From the NCBI GenBank assembly GCA_035712345.1, contig DASTAY010000048.1, positions 67,179 to 131,178 on the forward strand: DNA of 64,000 nt, written 5' to 3'. Made by a program: the position numbers and the translations under genes. The notes below the pieces were generated by a model. That model was not told the origin of the DNA and made no database searches. It saw only the letters and a program-made list of their open reading frames with translations. This stretch comes from Solirubrobacterales bacterium (GTDB lineage: Bacteria; Actinomycetota; Thermoleophilia; Solirubrobacterales; 70-9). Numbering within the stretch: position 1 is the first letter of the stretch; each line of letters begins with the position of its first letter. Of this stretch, positions 1-8,618 are shown piece by piece.

Positions 1-857
1 TGGTCGGCCTGGCGCGGACGATGCGCTCGCTCGCCTCGCCGGTCGAGACCTCGCGGGAAGACCTGGTCGACACCGCCGGCACCGGCGGCGGCCCCTCGAC
101 CTTCAACGTCTCGACCACGGCGGCGCTCGTCGCCGCCGGAGCCGGTTGCGCCGTCGCCAAGCACGGCAACCGCTCCGCCACCAGCCGCTGTGGCTCCGCC
201 GACCTGCTCGAGGCGCTCGGCGTGAACATCGAGCTCGATTCCGCCCAGGTCGGCCGCTGCATCGACGAGATCGGATTCGGCTTCATGTTCGCGCCCCGGC
301 ACCACGCGGCGACGGCCCACGTCGTGCCGGTGCGCAAGGCGCTCGGCGTGCGGACGATCTTCAACTTCCTCGGGCCGCTGACCAACCCGGCCGGAGCCGA
401 GCGCCAGCTGCTCGGCGTCTCCGACCGCCATTACCAGGAGACGATCGCCGAGGCGCTGGTCGGGCTGGGCAGCGTGCGGGCGATGGTGGTCGCCGCCGAG
501 GACGGTGTCGACGAGCTCGCGATCTCGGCCCGCACGCGGGTGATCGAGGTGGTCGAAGGCCGTACCGAGGAGTGGTTCGTCGAGCCGGGCGAGTTCGGCC
601 TGTCCGGGGGCGAGCTGGCGGAGGTCGCAGGGGGAAGCCCGGAGGAGAACGCGGCGGCTTCCCTTGCCGTGCTCGACGGCGGCGACGGTCCGCGGCGTGA
701 CCTCGTCGCACTCAACGCGGGGGCGGCGATATACGTCGGCGGGCGCGCCGAGGACCTCGCCGCCGGGGTGGAGATGGCGATCGAGGCGATCGACAGCGGC
801 GCCGCTCGCGAGCTGCTCGACCGTTTGGTTGCAGCGACCGCCCGGCTGGCCGTCTAG
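1..857 (+). CDS. trpD: anthranilate phosphoribosyltransferase, C-terminal part (5-prime end outside window)
   Basis: The frame is open from the window edge (VGLARTMRSLASPVE...). It has the DTAGTGGGPSTFNVST and KHGNRS motifs typical of TrpD and is followed directly by trpC. Confidence 0.9.
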   Translation, partial: VGLARTMRSLASPVETSREDLVDTAGTGGGPSTFNVSTTAALVAAGAGCAVAKHGNRSATSRCGSADLLEALGVNIELDSAQVGRCIDEIGFGFMFAPRHHAATAHVVPVRKALGVRTIFNFLGPLTNPAGAERQLLGVSDRHYQETIAEALVGLGSVRAMVVAAEDGVDELAISARTRVIEVVEGRTEEWFVEPGEFGLSGGELAEVAGGSPEENAAASLAVLDGGDGPRRDLVALNAGAAIYVGGRAEDLAAGVEMAIEAIDSGAARELLDRLVAATARLAV

Positions 858-871
858 GCTTCCTCTCTCTC

Positions 872-1678
872 GTGGGAATGATCGAGCAGCTGATCGCGGC
901 GGCGCGCGAAGGGGTCGAGCAACGGCGTTCCGAGACGCCCCAGGCGGATCTCGAGTCCAGCCTGCATGGCCGTGGCCACGACCGCCCCTTCAACGAGGCC
1001 CTGGTCCGCCCGGGGCTCTCCGTGATCGCGGAGTTCAAGCGCCGCTCGCCCAGCGCGGGTGAGATCTCCGCCTCGGCGACGGTCGGTGAGCAGGTCGGCG
1101 CCTACGAGCGCGGCGGCGCGGCGGCCCTCTCGGTGCTCACCGACGAGCGCCACTTCGGCGGCTCGCTCGAGGACCTGCGCACGGCGCGCGCCGCCTGCGG
1201 CCTGCCGATCCTGCGCAAGGACTTCGTAGTCGACCCGTACCAGCTGCTCGAGGCTGCGGTCAATGGCGCCGACGCCGTGCTGCTGATCGTCAGGGCGCTC
1301 GATGACGACGAGCTGCGTGAGCTCTACGAGACGGCGCGCGGGCTCGACCTCGACTGCCTGGTCGAGGTCCACGACGCCGGGGAGCTGGAGCGGGCACTGC
1401 AGCTCGACGCCGACGTGATCGGGATAAACAACCGCAACCTCGATGCCGGGTCGGTCGACATCGCCACCACCTACGAGCTGATGCCGGACGTGCCCGCGGG
1501 CAAGACGGTCGTCGCCGAGAGCGGCATCGCCACCCGCGCCGAGTTGGAGGAGCTGGAGCGGGTCGGAGTCGACGCGGTGCTGATCGGCACCGCGCTGATG
1601 AGCTCCGCCGACCCCGAGGCGCTGACCCGCGAGCTGGCCGGCACCGACGACGGGACGCGCGAGCACCTGCTGCCGTAG
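872..1678 (+). CDS. trpC: indole-3-glycerol-phosphate synthase
   Basis: This 268-aa ORF has IAEFKRRSPSAG, VLTDERHFGGS, LRKDFVVDPYQ and INNRNL motifs and sits in trp operon context. Confidence 0.9.
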   Translation: MGMIEQLIAAAREGVEQRRSETPQADLESSLHGRGHDRPFNEALVRPGLSVIAEFKRRSPSAGEISASATVGEQVGAYERGGAAALSVLTDERHFGGSLEDLRTARAACGLPILRKDFVVDPYQLLEAAVNGADAVLLIVRALDDDELRELYETARGLDLDCLVEVHDAGELERALQLDADVIGINNRNLDAGSVDIATTYELMPDVPAGKTVVAESGIATRAELEELERVGVDAVLIGTALMSSADPEALTRELAGTDDGTREHLLP

Positions 1679-1738
1679 CGTGACGCCCTCCGCAGTTTTT
1701 AGAAGAACTTTGAGGAGCCCCGGCATCATCGCCCCACG

Positions 1739-2947
1739 ATGAAGCGAACCTTCAAAAGCCCCTTCGGCTCGGCACTGCTCGGCGGCGTCGTCGTCGCCGC
1801 CTTCGGCTGGGTGGCGATCGCCGCCGGCTGGATCCATTCGGACGGCGACAACCACACGGTCACCGTCGCCGAACCGCTGGCGGCGCCGGTCGACGCCAAG
1901 GAAGGCGACAGCACCAACCTGGTCAACCAGATCTACCGCCGCGACGGCCAGGGGGTCGCTTTCATCTCCTCTGAGCTGAAGCCCGAAGAATCGTCGCTGA
2001 GCCCGTTCGGGGAACCGGAAGGCGGCGGAGGCGGTGTCGCGACCGGCTCGGGCATCCTGATCGACACCGAAGGCCACATCGTCACCAACAACCACGTGGT
2101 CGAAGGCGCCGACAAGGTCGAAGTCAAACTCGGCTCCTCGGACAGGACCTACACCGCGGAAGTGGTCGGGACCGACCCCGCGACCGACGTCGCGCTGCTC
2201 AAGGTCAACGCGCCCGAAGACAGCCTTCACCCGCTGGCCCTGGGGGATTCCTCCAAAGTCGAGGTCGGCGAACCGGTCGTCGCGATCGGCAACCCGTTCG
2301 GCCTCGATCGCACCGTGACCAGCGGCATCGTCTCGGCGATCCAGCGCCAGATCCAGGCGCCCAACGGTTTCTCGATCTCGCACGTGATCCAGACCGATGC
2401 GGCGATCAACCCCGGCAATTCCGGCGGCCCGTTGATCGACGGCGAAGGCAGGGTGATCGGGATCAACTCCCAGATTCAGACTGGCGGGGGAGGCGACGGC
2501 AACGTCGGCATCGGCTTCGCGGTGCCGATCAACACCGCGCGCGAAGTCGTCACCCAGATCGAAGAGCACGGCGAAGTCAAGCACGCCTACCTCGGCATCA
2601 GCGGCGGCAGCATCACGCCCGCCCTGGCCAGCGCCCTGAAGCTGCCCGAGAAGGCGGGTGTGCTGGTCAACGAAGTGGTCAAGGGCGGGCCGGCCGACGA
2701 AGCGGGGATCGAGGGCGGCGACACCTCGGCGACGATCGAAGGAGCCAGCTTCCGCCTCGGTGGCGACGTGATCACAGAAGTGAACGGCAAGAAGATCGAG
2801 GGGATGGAAGAAGTGATCAACGCGGTCAACGCGGCCAAGCCCGGGGAAAAGATGGAACTGACCGTCGATCGGGAAGGGAAGCCGAAGACGATCACGGTGA
2901 CGCTCGGGGTGCGGCCGGCGTCGGCTGAAGAAGTGCAGTCGCGGTAG
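1739..2947 (+). CDS. HtrA/DegP-family trypsin-like serine protease with C-terminal PDZ domain, N-terminal membrane anchor
   Basis: The N-terminus is hydrophobic (LLGGVVVAAFGWVAIAAGW). A catalytic-triad context is present (HIVTNNHVV, TDVALLKV, GNSGGPL), and a PDZ-like region follows (GVLVNEVVKGGPADEAGIEGGD). Confidence 0.85.
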   Translation: MKRTFKSPFGSALLGGVVVAAFGWVAIAAGWIHSDGDNHTVTVAEPLAAPVDAKEGDSTNLVNQIYRRDGQGVAFISSELKPEESSLSPFGEPEGGGGGVATGSGILIDTEGHIVTNNHVVEGADKVEVKLGSSDRTYTAEVVGTDPATDVALLKVNAPEDSLHPLALGDSSKVEVGEPVVAIGNPFGLDRTVTSGIVSAIQRQIQAPNGFSISHVIQTDAAINPGNSGGPLIDGEGRVIGINSQIQTGGGGDGNVGIGFAVPINTAREVVTQIEEHGEVKHAYLGISGGSITPALASALKLPEKAGVLVNEVVKGGPADEAGIEGGDTSATIEGASFRLGGDVITEVNGKKIEGMEEVINAVNAAKPGEKMELTVDREGKPKTITVTLGVRPASAEEVQSR

Positions 2948-2950
2948 CGG

Positions 2951-3088
2951 CGGGCGGGTCCTGTCGGGGTAGGGACAGCCGGCGGAACGCTGGATTTTTC
3001 GCGTGGCGCGGCGGCGCCACTCGTCGAGGGTCAAGCGAAAAATTTGACGCCGCGTCCCGCCGAGTGTCCCTACCCCGCCACCCGCCCG
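2951..3088. repeat. 138-bp imperfect palindromic intergenic element, divergent relative of the 114-bp family
   Basis: Left arm CGGGCGGGT..GGGGTAGGGACA..CGGCGG.ACGC..ATTTTTCG pairs with right arm CGAAAAAT..GCG.CCCGCCG..TGTCCCTACCCC..ACCCGCCCG. A central 7-bp hairpin is GTGGCGC/GCGCCAC (3003-3020). Confidence 0.7.
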
Positions 3089-3137
3089 AGCTGCCGCTTT
3101 TGTAGACAGCTGAAGCCGCTGCCGTAATCTCAGGCTG

Positions 3138-3773
3138 ATGCGAGTCAAGTTCTGCGGAATCACTAATTTGGACGACGCCGCCGAGGCGGTCCGCTTGGGG
3201 GCTTGGGCTATCGGGCTGATCCACTACGCGGAGAGTCCGCGGGCAGTCGAGGGGGCCGAGGCGGCGCGGATCGCGGCTGCTTTCAAGCGCAAGTGCGAGG
3301 TCGTGGGCGTGTTCGTGAATCCCGAGCTGGACGAGGTCGCCAAGGCGGTCGAGGACGCGGGGTTGACGATGGTGCAGCTGAACGGGAACGAGGGGCCGTC
3401 CTTCTGCTCGGAGGTCGCGCGGAAAACCGGGGTCAAGGTGATCAAGGCGGTACACGTGGCGAGCGCCGCCGACGTGCACGCCGCGGAGGCGTTCAGGACC
3501 GACTTCCACCTCTTCGACAAGCGGGGCAAGGGGCTCTGGGGGGGCAGCGGCGAGAGCTTCGACTGGGGCCTGCTCGGGGACCGGCGCTCGGAGGTCCCGG
3601 CGATCGTCGCCGGCGGGCTGCGACCCGACAACGTCGCCGAGGCGATCGCGATCGCCCGTCCTTACGCGGTCGACGTCGCCAGCGGGGTCGAGGCCGAGCC
3701 GGGTCGCAAGGACCATGCCGCGATGACGGCTTTCTTCGAGGCCGCCCAAACGGCTAGCGTTGGCGCTCGATGA
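3138..3773 (+). CDS. trpF: phosphoribosylanthranilate isomerase
   Basis: This 211-aa ORF starts [14 protein letters not shown], typical of TrpF. Its stop overlaps the trpB start. Confidence 0.88.
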   Translation: MRVKFCGITNLDDAAEAVRLGAWAIGLIHYAESPRAVEGAEAARIAAAFKRKCEVVGVFVNPELDEVAKAVEDAGLTMVQLNGNEGPSFCSEVARKTGVKVIKAVHVASAADVHAAEAFRTDFHLFDKRGKGLWGGSGESFDWGLLGDRRSEVPAIVAGGLRPDNVAEAIAIARPYAVDVASGVEAEPGRKDHAAMTAFFEAAQTASVGAR

Positions 3774-4948
3774 GCCCGGCGATAGAGGAGAGGTTCGGCC
3801 CCTACGGGGGCCGCTACGTTCCCGAGACGCTGATCCCGGCGCTCGACGAGCTGAGCGAGGCCTGGGGGCAGGCGAGCGGCGACGAGGACTTCCGTGTGCG
3901 TCTCGCCTCGCTGCGCCGCGACTTCGTCGGCCGGCCGACGCCGCTCTACCTGGCCGAACGGCTCTCCGAGAAGGCGGGCCGGAAGGTCTACCTGAAGCGC
4001 GAGGACCTTTGCCATACCGGCGCCCACAAGATCAACAACGCCGTCGGCCAGGTGCTGCTGGCGCAGCGGATGGGCAAGCCGCGGATCATCGCCGAGACCG
4101 GCGCGGGTCAGCACGGCGTCGCGACGGCGACGGCGTGCGCGCTGCTCGGCCTCGAGTGCGTCGTCTACATGGGCACTGAGGACATCCGTCGCCAGGCGCC
4201 CAACGTCGAGCGGATGAAGCTGCTGGGGGCCGAGGTCGCGCCGGTCGACGCCGGCGCGCGCACGCTCAAGGAGGCGGTCAGCGCTGCGATCCGCGATTGG
4301 GTCGCCAACGTCGAGACGACCCACTACGTGATCGGCTCGGCCGTCGGGCCGGCGCCGTTCCCGGCGCTCGTCCGCGACCTGCAGCGGGTGATCGGCGACG
4401 AGGCGCGCGAGCAGGCGCTGGCCGCCGAGGAGGAGTTGCCGGCCCGCGTGATCGCCTGCGTCGGCGGCGGCTCCAACTCGATCGGCATCTTCACGCCGTT
4501 CGTCGCCGACGCGGATGTGGCGCTGGTCGGGGTCGAGGCGGCCGGCGAGGGGCTCGAAAGCGGTCGCCACGGCGCTTCGCTCGGGGCCGGGAGCACCGGG
4601 GTCCTTCACGGTTCGCTGTCGGCGGTGATCGCCGACGAGGAGGGGCAGATCCTCGAGGCGCACTCGGTTTCGGCGGGGCTCGACTACCCGGGTGTGGGTC
4701 CGGAGCACGCCTACCTGCGCGACAGTGGCCGCGCCACCTACACCGCCGTCACCGACGCGGCCGCCCTGGCCGCCTTCGCCGAGCTGGCCCGCCTCGAGGG
4801 GATCATCCCGGCGCTGGAGTCCTCGCACGCGATCGCCTGGCTGCTCGAGAACGGCGGGGGGGGCGGCTACGACGTGTTGTGCCTCTCCGGTAGAGGCGAC
4901 AAGGATTTGGCGGAGGTCGTGGAGTTGGGTGGGGGCATCGGGGGGTGA
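3770..4948 (+). CDS. trpB: tryptophan synthase beta subunit
   Basis: This 392-aa ORF has the PLP-lysine context HTGAHKINN, a GGGSNSIG loop and [13 protein letters not shown] at the N-terminus. Confidence 0.95.
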   Translation: MSPAIEERFGPYGGRYVPETLIPALDELSEAWGQASGDEDFRVRLASLRRDFVGRPTPLYLAERLSEKAGRKVYLKREDLCHTGAHKINNAVGQVLLAQRMGKPRIIAETGAGQHGVATATACALLGLECVVYMGTEDIRRQAPNVERMKLLGAEVAPVDAGARTLKEAVSAAIRDWVANVETTHYVIGSAVGPAPFPALVRDLQRVIGDEAREQALAAEEELPARVIACVGGGSNSIGIFTPFVADADVALVGVEAAGEGLESGRHGASLGAGSTGVLHGSLSAVIADEEGQILEAHSVSAGLDYPGVGPEHAYLRDSGRATYTAVTDAAALAAFAELARLEGIIPALESSHAIAWLLENGGGGGYDVLCLSGRGDKDLAEVVELGGGIGG

Positions 4949-5841
4949 CTCGTCGCAGCAACAGCGGGGAGGCTGCGCCGAGCCACCCCCCGACGCCCTA
5001 CGCGGAAGCGACGACCGCCGAGGAGTCGGCCTCCGTCCCGGGGGGCGAGGGGTCGATCGCAGTCGCCTTCCGCCGAGCTGCCGAGGAGGGCCGGGCGGCG
5101 CTGATGCCGTACATGATGGCCGGGTTTCCCGACCTGGAGACCTCGCTGGCGATAGCCGGAGCCTATGTCGATGCCGGGGCGGACCTGATCGAGCTGGGCG
5201 TGCCGTTCTCGGACCCGCTCGCCGACGGGCCGACGATCCACGCCGCGGCGACGGCGGCGCTGGCGGCCGGCGCCGGCTTCGAGACCGCGCTGGAGATCTG
5301 CGCGTCGGTCTCGGCGCGGGTTCCTGTCGTGCTGATGGTCTACTCGAACATGGTCCTCGCCCATGGTGGGGCCGTCGAGTTCGCTCGCCGCGCCGCCGTC
5401 GCGGGCGCCGCCGGGTCGATCGTGCCCGATTTGCCGCTGGAGGAGGCGGGCGAGATCCGCCAGGCCCTCGCCGGCGCGGGCCTCTCTCTGATCCCTCTGC
5501 TCGCTCCGACCACCCCACCGCAGCGTCGCGCTCGCATATGCCAGGCCGCCCAGGGCTTCGTCTACCTCGTCTCGACGGTCGGTACGACGGGCGAGCGAGA
5601 CGAGCTTCCCGCCGGCCTGGCGGAGCTCGTCAGCGCGACCAAGGCCGATGCCGACGTGCCGGTGGCCGTCGGCTTCGGGATCGGCACGCCCGAGCAGGCG
5701 GGCCGGGTCAGCGAGGTCGCCGACGGGGTGATCGTCGGAAGCCGCCTGGTCCGTGCCGCGGGCGAGGCGGGCTCGGCTCGAGCCGCGACGGAGGCCGTGA
5801 CGACCTTCCTGCGCGACGCCCGCGCCGCGCTCGCCGCATAG
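4945..5841 (+). CDS. trpA: tryptophan synthase alpha subunit (about 40-aa low-complexity N-terminal extension if the ATGA-coupled start is used)
   Basis: The ATG overlaps the trpB stop (ATGA). The sequence has [27 protein letters not shown] and VGFGI motifs. No alternative in-frame ATG or GTG lies closer to the conserved core. Confidence 0.88.
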   Translation: MTRRSNSGEAAPSHPPTPYAEATTAEESASVPGGEGSIAVAFRRAAEEGRAALMPYMMAGFPDLETSLAIAGAYVDAGADLIELGVPFSDPLADGPTIHAAATAALAAGAGFETALEICASVSARVPVVLMVYSNMVLAHGGAVEFARRAAVAGAAGSIVPDLPLEEAGEIRQALAGAGLSLIPLLAPTTPPQRRARICQAAQGFVYLVSTVGTTGERDELPAGLAELVSATKADADVPVAVGFGIGTPEQAGRVSEVADGVIVGSRLVRAAGEAGSARAATEAVTTFLRDARAALAA

Positions 5842-5870
5842 ACCGCGCCTTCTACTAGGATTCCGGCCGC

Positions 5871-6020
5871 ATGGGAATGGTCGTAAGCCTCTTCGCGGCG
5901 CTCGGCGCCACCACCATCGTCTACGCCTGGCTGGGCCAGGGCGGCGGCGTCTCGGGCCTGATCTTCTTCGGCATCCTCTTGATCGGCGCGACGATCAAGG
6001 TCTTCAGGCCCAGTCCCTGA
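5871..6020 (+). CDS. hypothetical 49-aa two-helix membrane peptide (not in the supplied ORF track)
   Basis: My own translation of ATG 5871 to TGA 6018-6020 is MGMVVSLFAALGATTIVYAWLGQGGGVSGLIFFGILLIGATIKVFRPSP. It has two hydrophobic segments and GC-rich third positions and lies 29 nt after trpA. There is no strong SD. Confidence 0.35.
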   Translation: MGMVVSLFAALGATTIVYAWLGQGGGVSGLIFFGILLIGATIKVFRPSP

Positions 6021-6039
6021 GCCGCCGATCGGCGGCGCC

Positions 6040-6855
6040 TCAGGCCCGCGTAGCAACGACCTCTATGTATTCCGGTTCCAGGACGAGCGCCCGGTCGCCG
6101 GCGGCGTTCGCCTCTGCGAGGAACTTCCGCAGGTCGGCCTCCAGCGCCGCTTCTCCGTCCGGGCCGACCCGCTCGAAGGCGACCTTGGTCGGGCCGAAGT
6201 AGGTGCGGAAGAAGTCCAGCCAGTGATCGACCGAGCGGAAGGTCTGACGGGAGCTGCGGCGCTGAACCCGCAGGTCGGAGATGCCGTCGCCGAACAGCTC
6301 GCGCAGGTGGTCCTCGGTTCCCCAGAGCAGCGGCGGCTGCACGCCCGGTGGCGGCGGCGCGTGCTTGGCGACCGTCATGAACATCTGGCCGATGCCGCTG
6401 TCGGGCACCCAGTTGGCCATCCCGATCCGGCCGCCGGGCTTGCAGACGCGCAGCAGCTCCGCCGCGGTCTGCGCCTGGTCCGGGGCGAACATCGCGCCGA
6501 AGATCGACATCACGACGTCGAACTCGGCGTCGCCGAAGGGGAGGCTCTCCGCATCTCCCTCGACGAACTCGATGTCGAGCCGCTCGGCCGCGGCCCGTTC
6601 GCGCCCGCGCTCCAGCAGCGCCGGGACGAAATCGGCGCCGACCACGCCGCCCCAGGACCGGCGCGCGGCGGCGATCGCGCCGTTGCCGCTGCCGCAGGCG
6701 ACGTCCAGCACCCGCTCGTCGGGCACGATGTCGAGTGCCTCTGCGAGCTCCTCGGCGACGATCATGATCAGGCCCGCGACCATCGCGAAGTCGCCATCCG
6801 CCCAGGTCTTCTGCTGGATCCCTTTGACCGCGTTGAGGTCGACCGCCTCGCTCAT
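6040..6855 (-). CDS. class I SAM-dependent methyltransferase
   Basis: This 271-aa ORF has SAM-binding motif I (VLDVACGSGNGA) and an acidic loop (DFVPA..VEGDAESLPF). Confidence 0.8.
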   Translation of the reverse strand: MSEAVDLNAVKGIQQKTWADGDFAMVAGLIMIVAEELAEALDIVPDERVLDVACGSGNGAIAAARRSWGGVVGADFVPALLERGRERAAAERLDIEFVEGDAESLPFGDAEFDVVMSIFGAMFAPDQAQTAAELLRVCKPGGRIGMANWVPDSGIGQMFMTVAKHAPPPPGVQPPLLWGTEDHLRELFGDGISDLRVQRRSSRQTFRSVDHWLDFFRTYFGPTKVAFERVGPDGEAALEADLRKFLAEANAAGDRALVLEPEYIEVVATRA

Positions 6856-6936
6856 CCTCCGCTCCCTTCGTTTCGCCCAAATCTAGCGCGCGTCGCTGCG
6901 GCCGGCCAGCCCCCCGGCGCCCACTAAGCTGAGCCG

Positions 6937-7965
6937 ATGCGGATCGGCGTGCTCACCGGCGGGGGCGATTGCCCGGGGCTCAACGCGGTCATCCGGGCGA
7001 TCGTCCGCAAGGGGGTCGAACACCTCGACCACGAGTTCGTCGGCTACCGCGACGGCTGGCACGGGCCGCTCGAGGGCGACGGCGGGCCGCTCGGAGTGCC
7101 CGAGGTGAGGGGCATCCTGCCGCGGGGCGGCACGATCCTCGGCTCCTCGCGGACGAACCCCTTCAAGCAGGAGGAAGGGGTCGAGCGGATCCTCGCCAAC
7201 ATGGCGGGCGAAGGGGTCGATGGCCTGATCGCGATCGGCGGCGAGGACACGCTCGGCGTCGCCTCGCGACTGCATTCCGAGCACGGCGTGAACGTGATCG
7301 GCGTGCCGAAGACGATCGACAACGACCTCGGCGCCACCGACTACACCTTCGGCTTCGACACCGCGGTCAACATCGCGATGGAGGCGATCGACCGCCTGCA
7401 CACGACCGCCGACAGCCACCACCGCGTGCTGATCGTCGAGGTGATGGGACGGCACGCCGGCTGGATCGCCTTCCACGCCGGGCTCGCCGGCGGGGCCAAC
7501 GTGATCCTCATCCCGGAGCAGCCCTTCGACTTGGAGCAGGTCTGCAAACTGGTCGGGCAGCGGCTGGAGGCCCACTTCGCACCGATTGTCGTCGTCTCCG
7601 AGGGTGCGCAGCCGGTCGGGGGCATCCCGGAGACCGAGGACAAGGGCCTCGACGCCTTCGGCCACGTCCGCCTCGGCGGCATCGCCCACTGGCTCGAGCA
7701 CCAGATCGAGGAGAAGACGGGCAAGGAGACGCGCGCGACGGTTCTCGGCCACATCCAGCGCGGCGGCACCCCGACCGGCTTCGACCGGGTCCTCGCGACG
7801 CGTTTCGGGCTGCATGCGGTCGACGCGGCCGACGCGGGGCGGTGGGGCACGATGACGGCGCTGCGCGGGACCGACATCGAGCTCGTCGAGCTCGGCGAAG
7901 CGGTCGCGCAGCTGAAGACGGTGCCGAAGGAGCTCTACGAAGAGGCCGAGGTCTTCTTTGGCTGA
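6937..7965 (+). CDS. pfkA: 6-phosphofructokinase, actinobacterial PfkA family (ATP versus PPi donor not decidable from sequence alone)
   Basis: It has MRIGVLTGGGDCPGLNAVIRAIV, IGGEDTLGVA, PKTIDNDL and MGRHAGWIA motifs. Confidence 0.9.
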   Translation: MRIGVLTGGGDCPGLNAVIRAIVRKGVEHLDHEFVGYRDGWHGPLEGDGGPLGVPEVRGILPRGGTILGSSRTNPFKQEEGVERILANMAGEGVDGLIAIGGEDTLGVASRLHSEHGVNVIGVPKTIDNDLGATDYTFGFDTAVNIAMEAIDRLHTTADSHHRVLIVEVMGRHAGWIAFHAGLAGGANVILIPEQPFDLEQVCKLVGQRLEAHFAPIVVVSEGAQPVGGIPETEDKGLDAFGHVRLGGIAHWLEHQIEEKTGKETRATVLGHIQRGGTPTGFDRVLATRFGLHAVDAADAGRWGTMTALRGTDIELVELGEAVAQLKTVPKELYEEAEVFFG

Positions 7966-7994
7966 GCTCGAGCGGGGTGGGAGGGGTGAGGGCG

Positions 7995-8068
7995 CCCCCG
8001 CTGCAACCCGCCGCCGGGTGCGCCTTAGGGGCTCGATTCGGGTGCCGGCTCACAAGTTGCCGCGGGGG
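7995..8068. repeat. 74-bp hairpin-ended repeat, copy A
   Basis: The sequence is CCCCCGCTGCAACCCGCCGCCGGGTGCGCCTTAGGGGCTCGATTCGGGTGCCGGCTCACAAGTTGCCGCGGGGG. Its ends are self-complementary, and its reverse complement recurs at 8523-8598 with only a few mismatches. Confidence 0.85.
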
Positions 8069-8098
8069 AACCCTCGCCCCTCTTCACGGGACCGGCGC

Positions 8099-8542
8099 AT
8101 GCCAAAGCTGACGGTGGTCTTCGTGGCGCTTGCGGCTCTAGCTGGGTTGTGCGCCGGCTGCGGGGAAAGCAGTGGGGTGGCCGAGGGGGCGACGGTTACG
8201 GCGTATGTGGCCGGGGCGCTGTGCGCGGAAGCGAAGCAGGAGCTTGCGCGGCATGGGTCGGAAGCTGGAGACGTCCACGTGCGCGCCATATGCCTGCCGA
8301 GGTCCGAACGCGGGGGCGAGCTCCAGCTGGCCACGATCGGGGCGAACGCCAGGCGCGCCACGCAGGATTCGAGCTCGATCGCCTACATCGGCGAACCGAC
8401 GCAAGCTGCCTCTCGCTTCGCGGAAACGATTCTCGAAGAAGCCCGCATTCGCCAGTACGCAGCTATCCCCGGCGCCCGTGCCATGTCGCAGTTGCTTTCG
8501 GCCCTTGAAGCGGGCCGGGTGTCCCCCCGCGGCAACTTGTGA
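8099..8542 (+). CDS. hypothetical small lipoprotein/secreted protein (147 aa)
   Basis: ATG at 8099 gives MPKLTVVFVALAALAGLCAGCGESS, a signal peptide with a lipobox-like LCAGC. Codon usage is visibly less GC3-biased than in neighbours (CTT, GCT, CTA, TTG). The last 6 codons lie inside repeat copy B. Confidence 0.55.
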   Translation: MPKLTVVFVALAALAGLCAGCGESSGVAEGATVTAYVAGALCAEAKQELARHGSEAGDVHVRAICLPRSERGGELQLATIGANARRATQDSSSIAYIGEPTQAASRFAETILEEARIRQYAAIPGARAMSQLLSALEAGRVSPRGNL

Positions 8543-8598
8543 GCCGGTACCCGAACCGAGCCCATAAGGCGCAACCGGCGGCGGGTTGCAGCGGGGGG
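8523..8598. repeat. 76-bp hairpin-ended repeat, copy B (inverted relative to copy A)
   Basis: The reverse complement of 8523-8598 aligns to 7995-8068 over its whole length with about 5 mismatches. It lies between convergent genes. Confidence 0.85.
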
Positions 8599-8618
8599 AT
8601 ACCCGGTTCGCGCAACCG

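Noticed and set aside
854-3163. Very long ORFs antisense to or out of frame with recognised genes. Examples are 854-3163(-), 3662-5518(-), 12168-14231(-), 20185-21495(-), 21668-23293(-), 57961-60045(-), 59856-62138(+) and 60259-62667(-).
   Set aside because: Their translations are Arg/Pro/Ala/Gly-rich nonsense with no motifs. Each overlaps a gene with unmistakable family motifs on the other strand or frame. Stop-poor alternative frames are expected in ~70% GC DNA.
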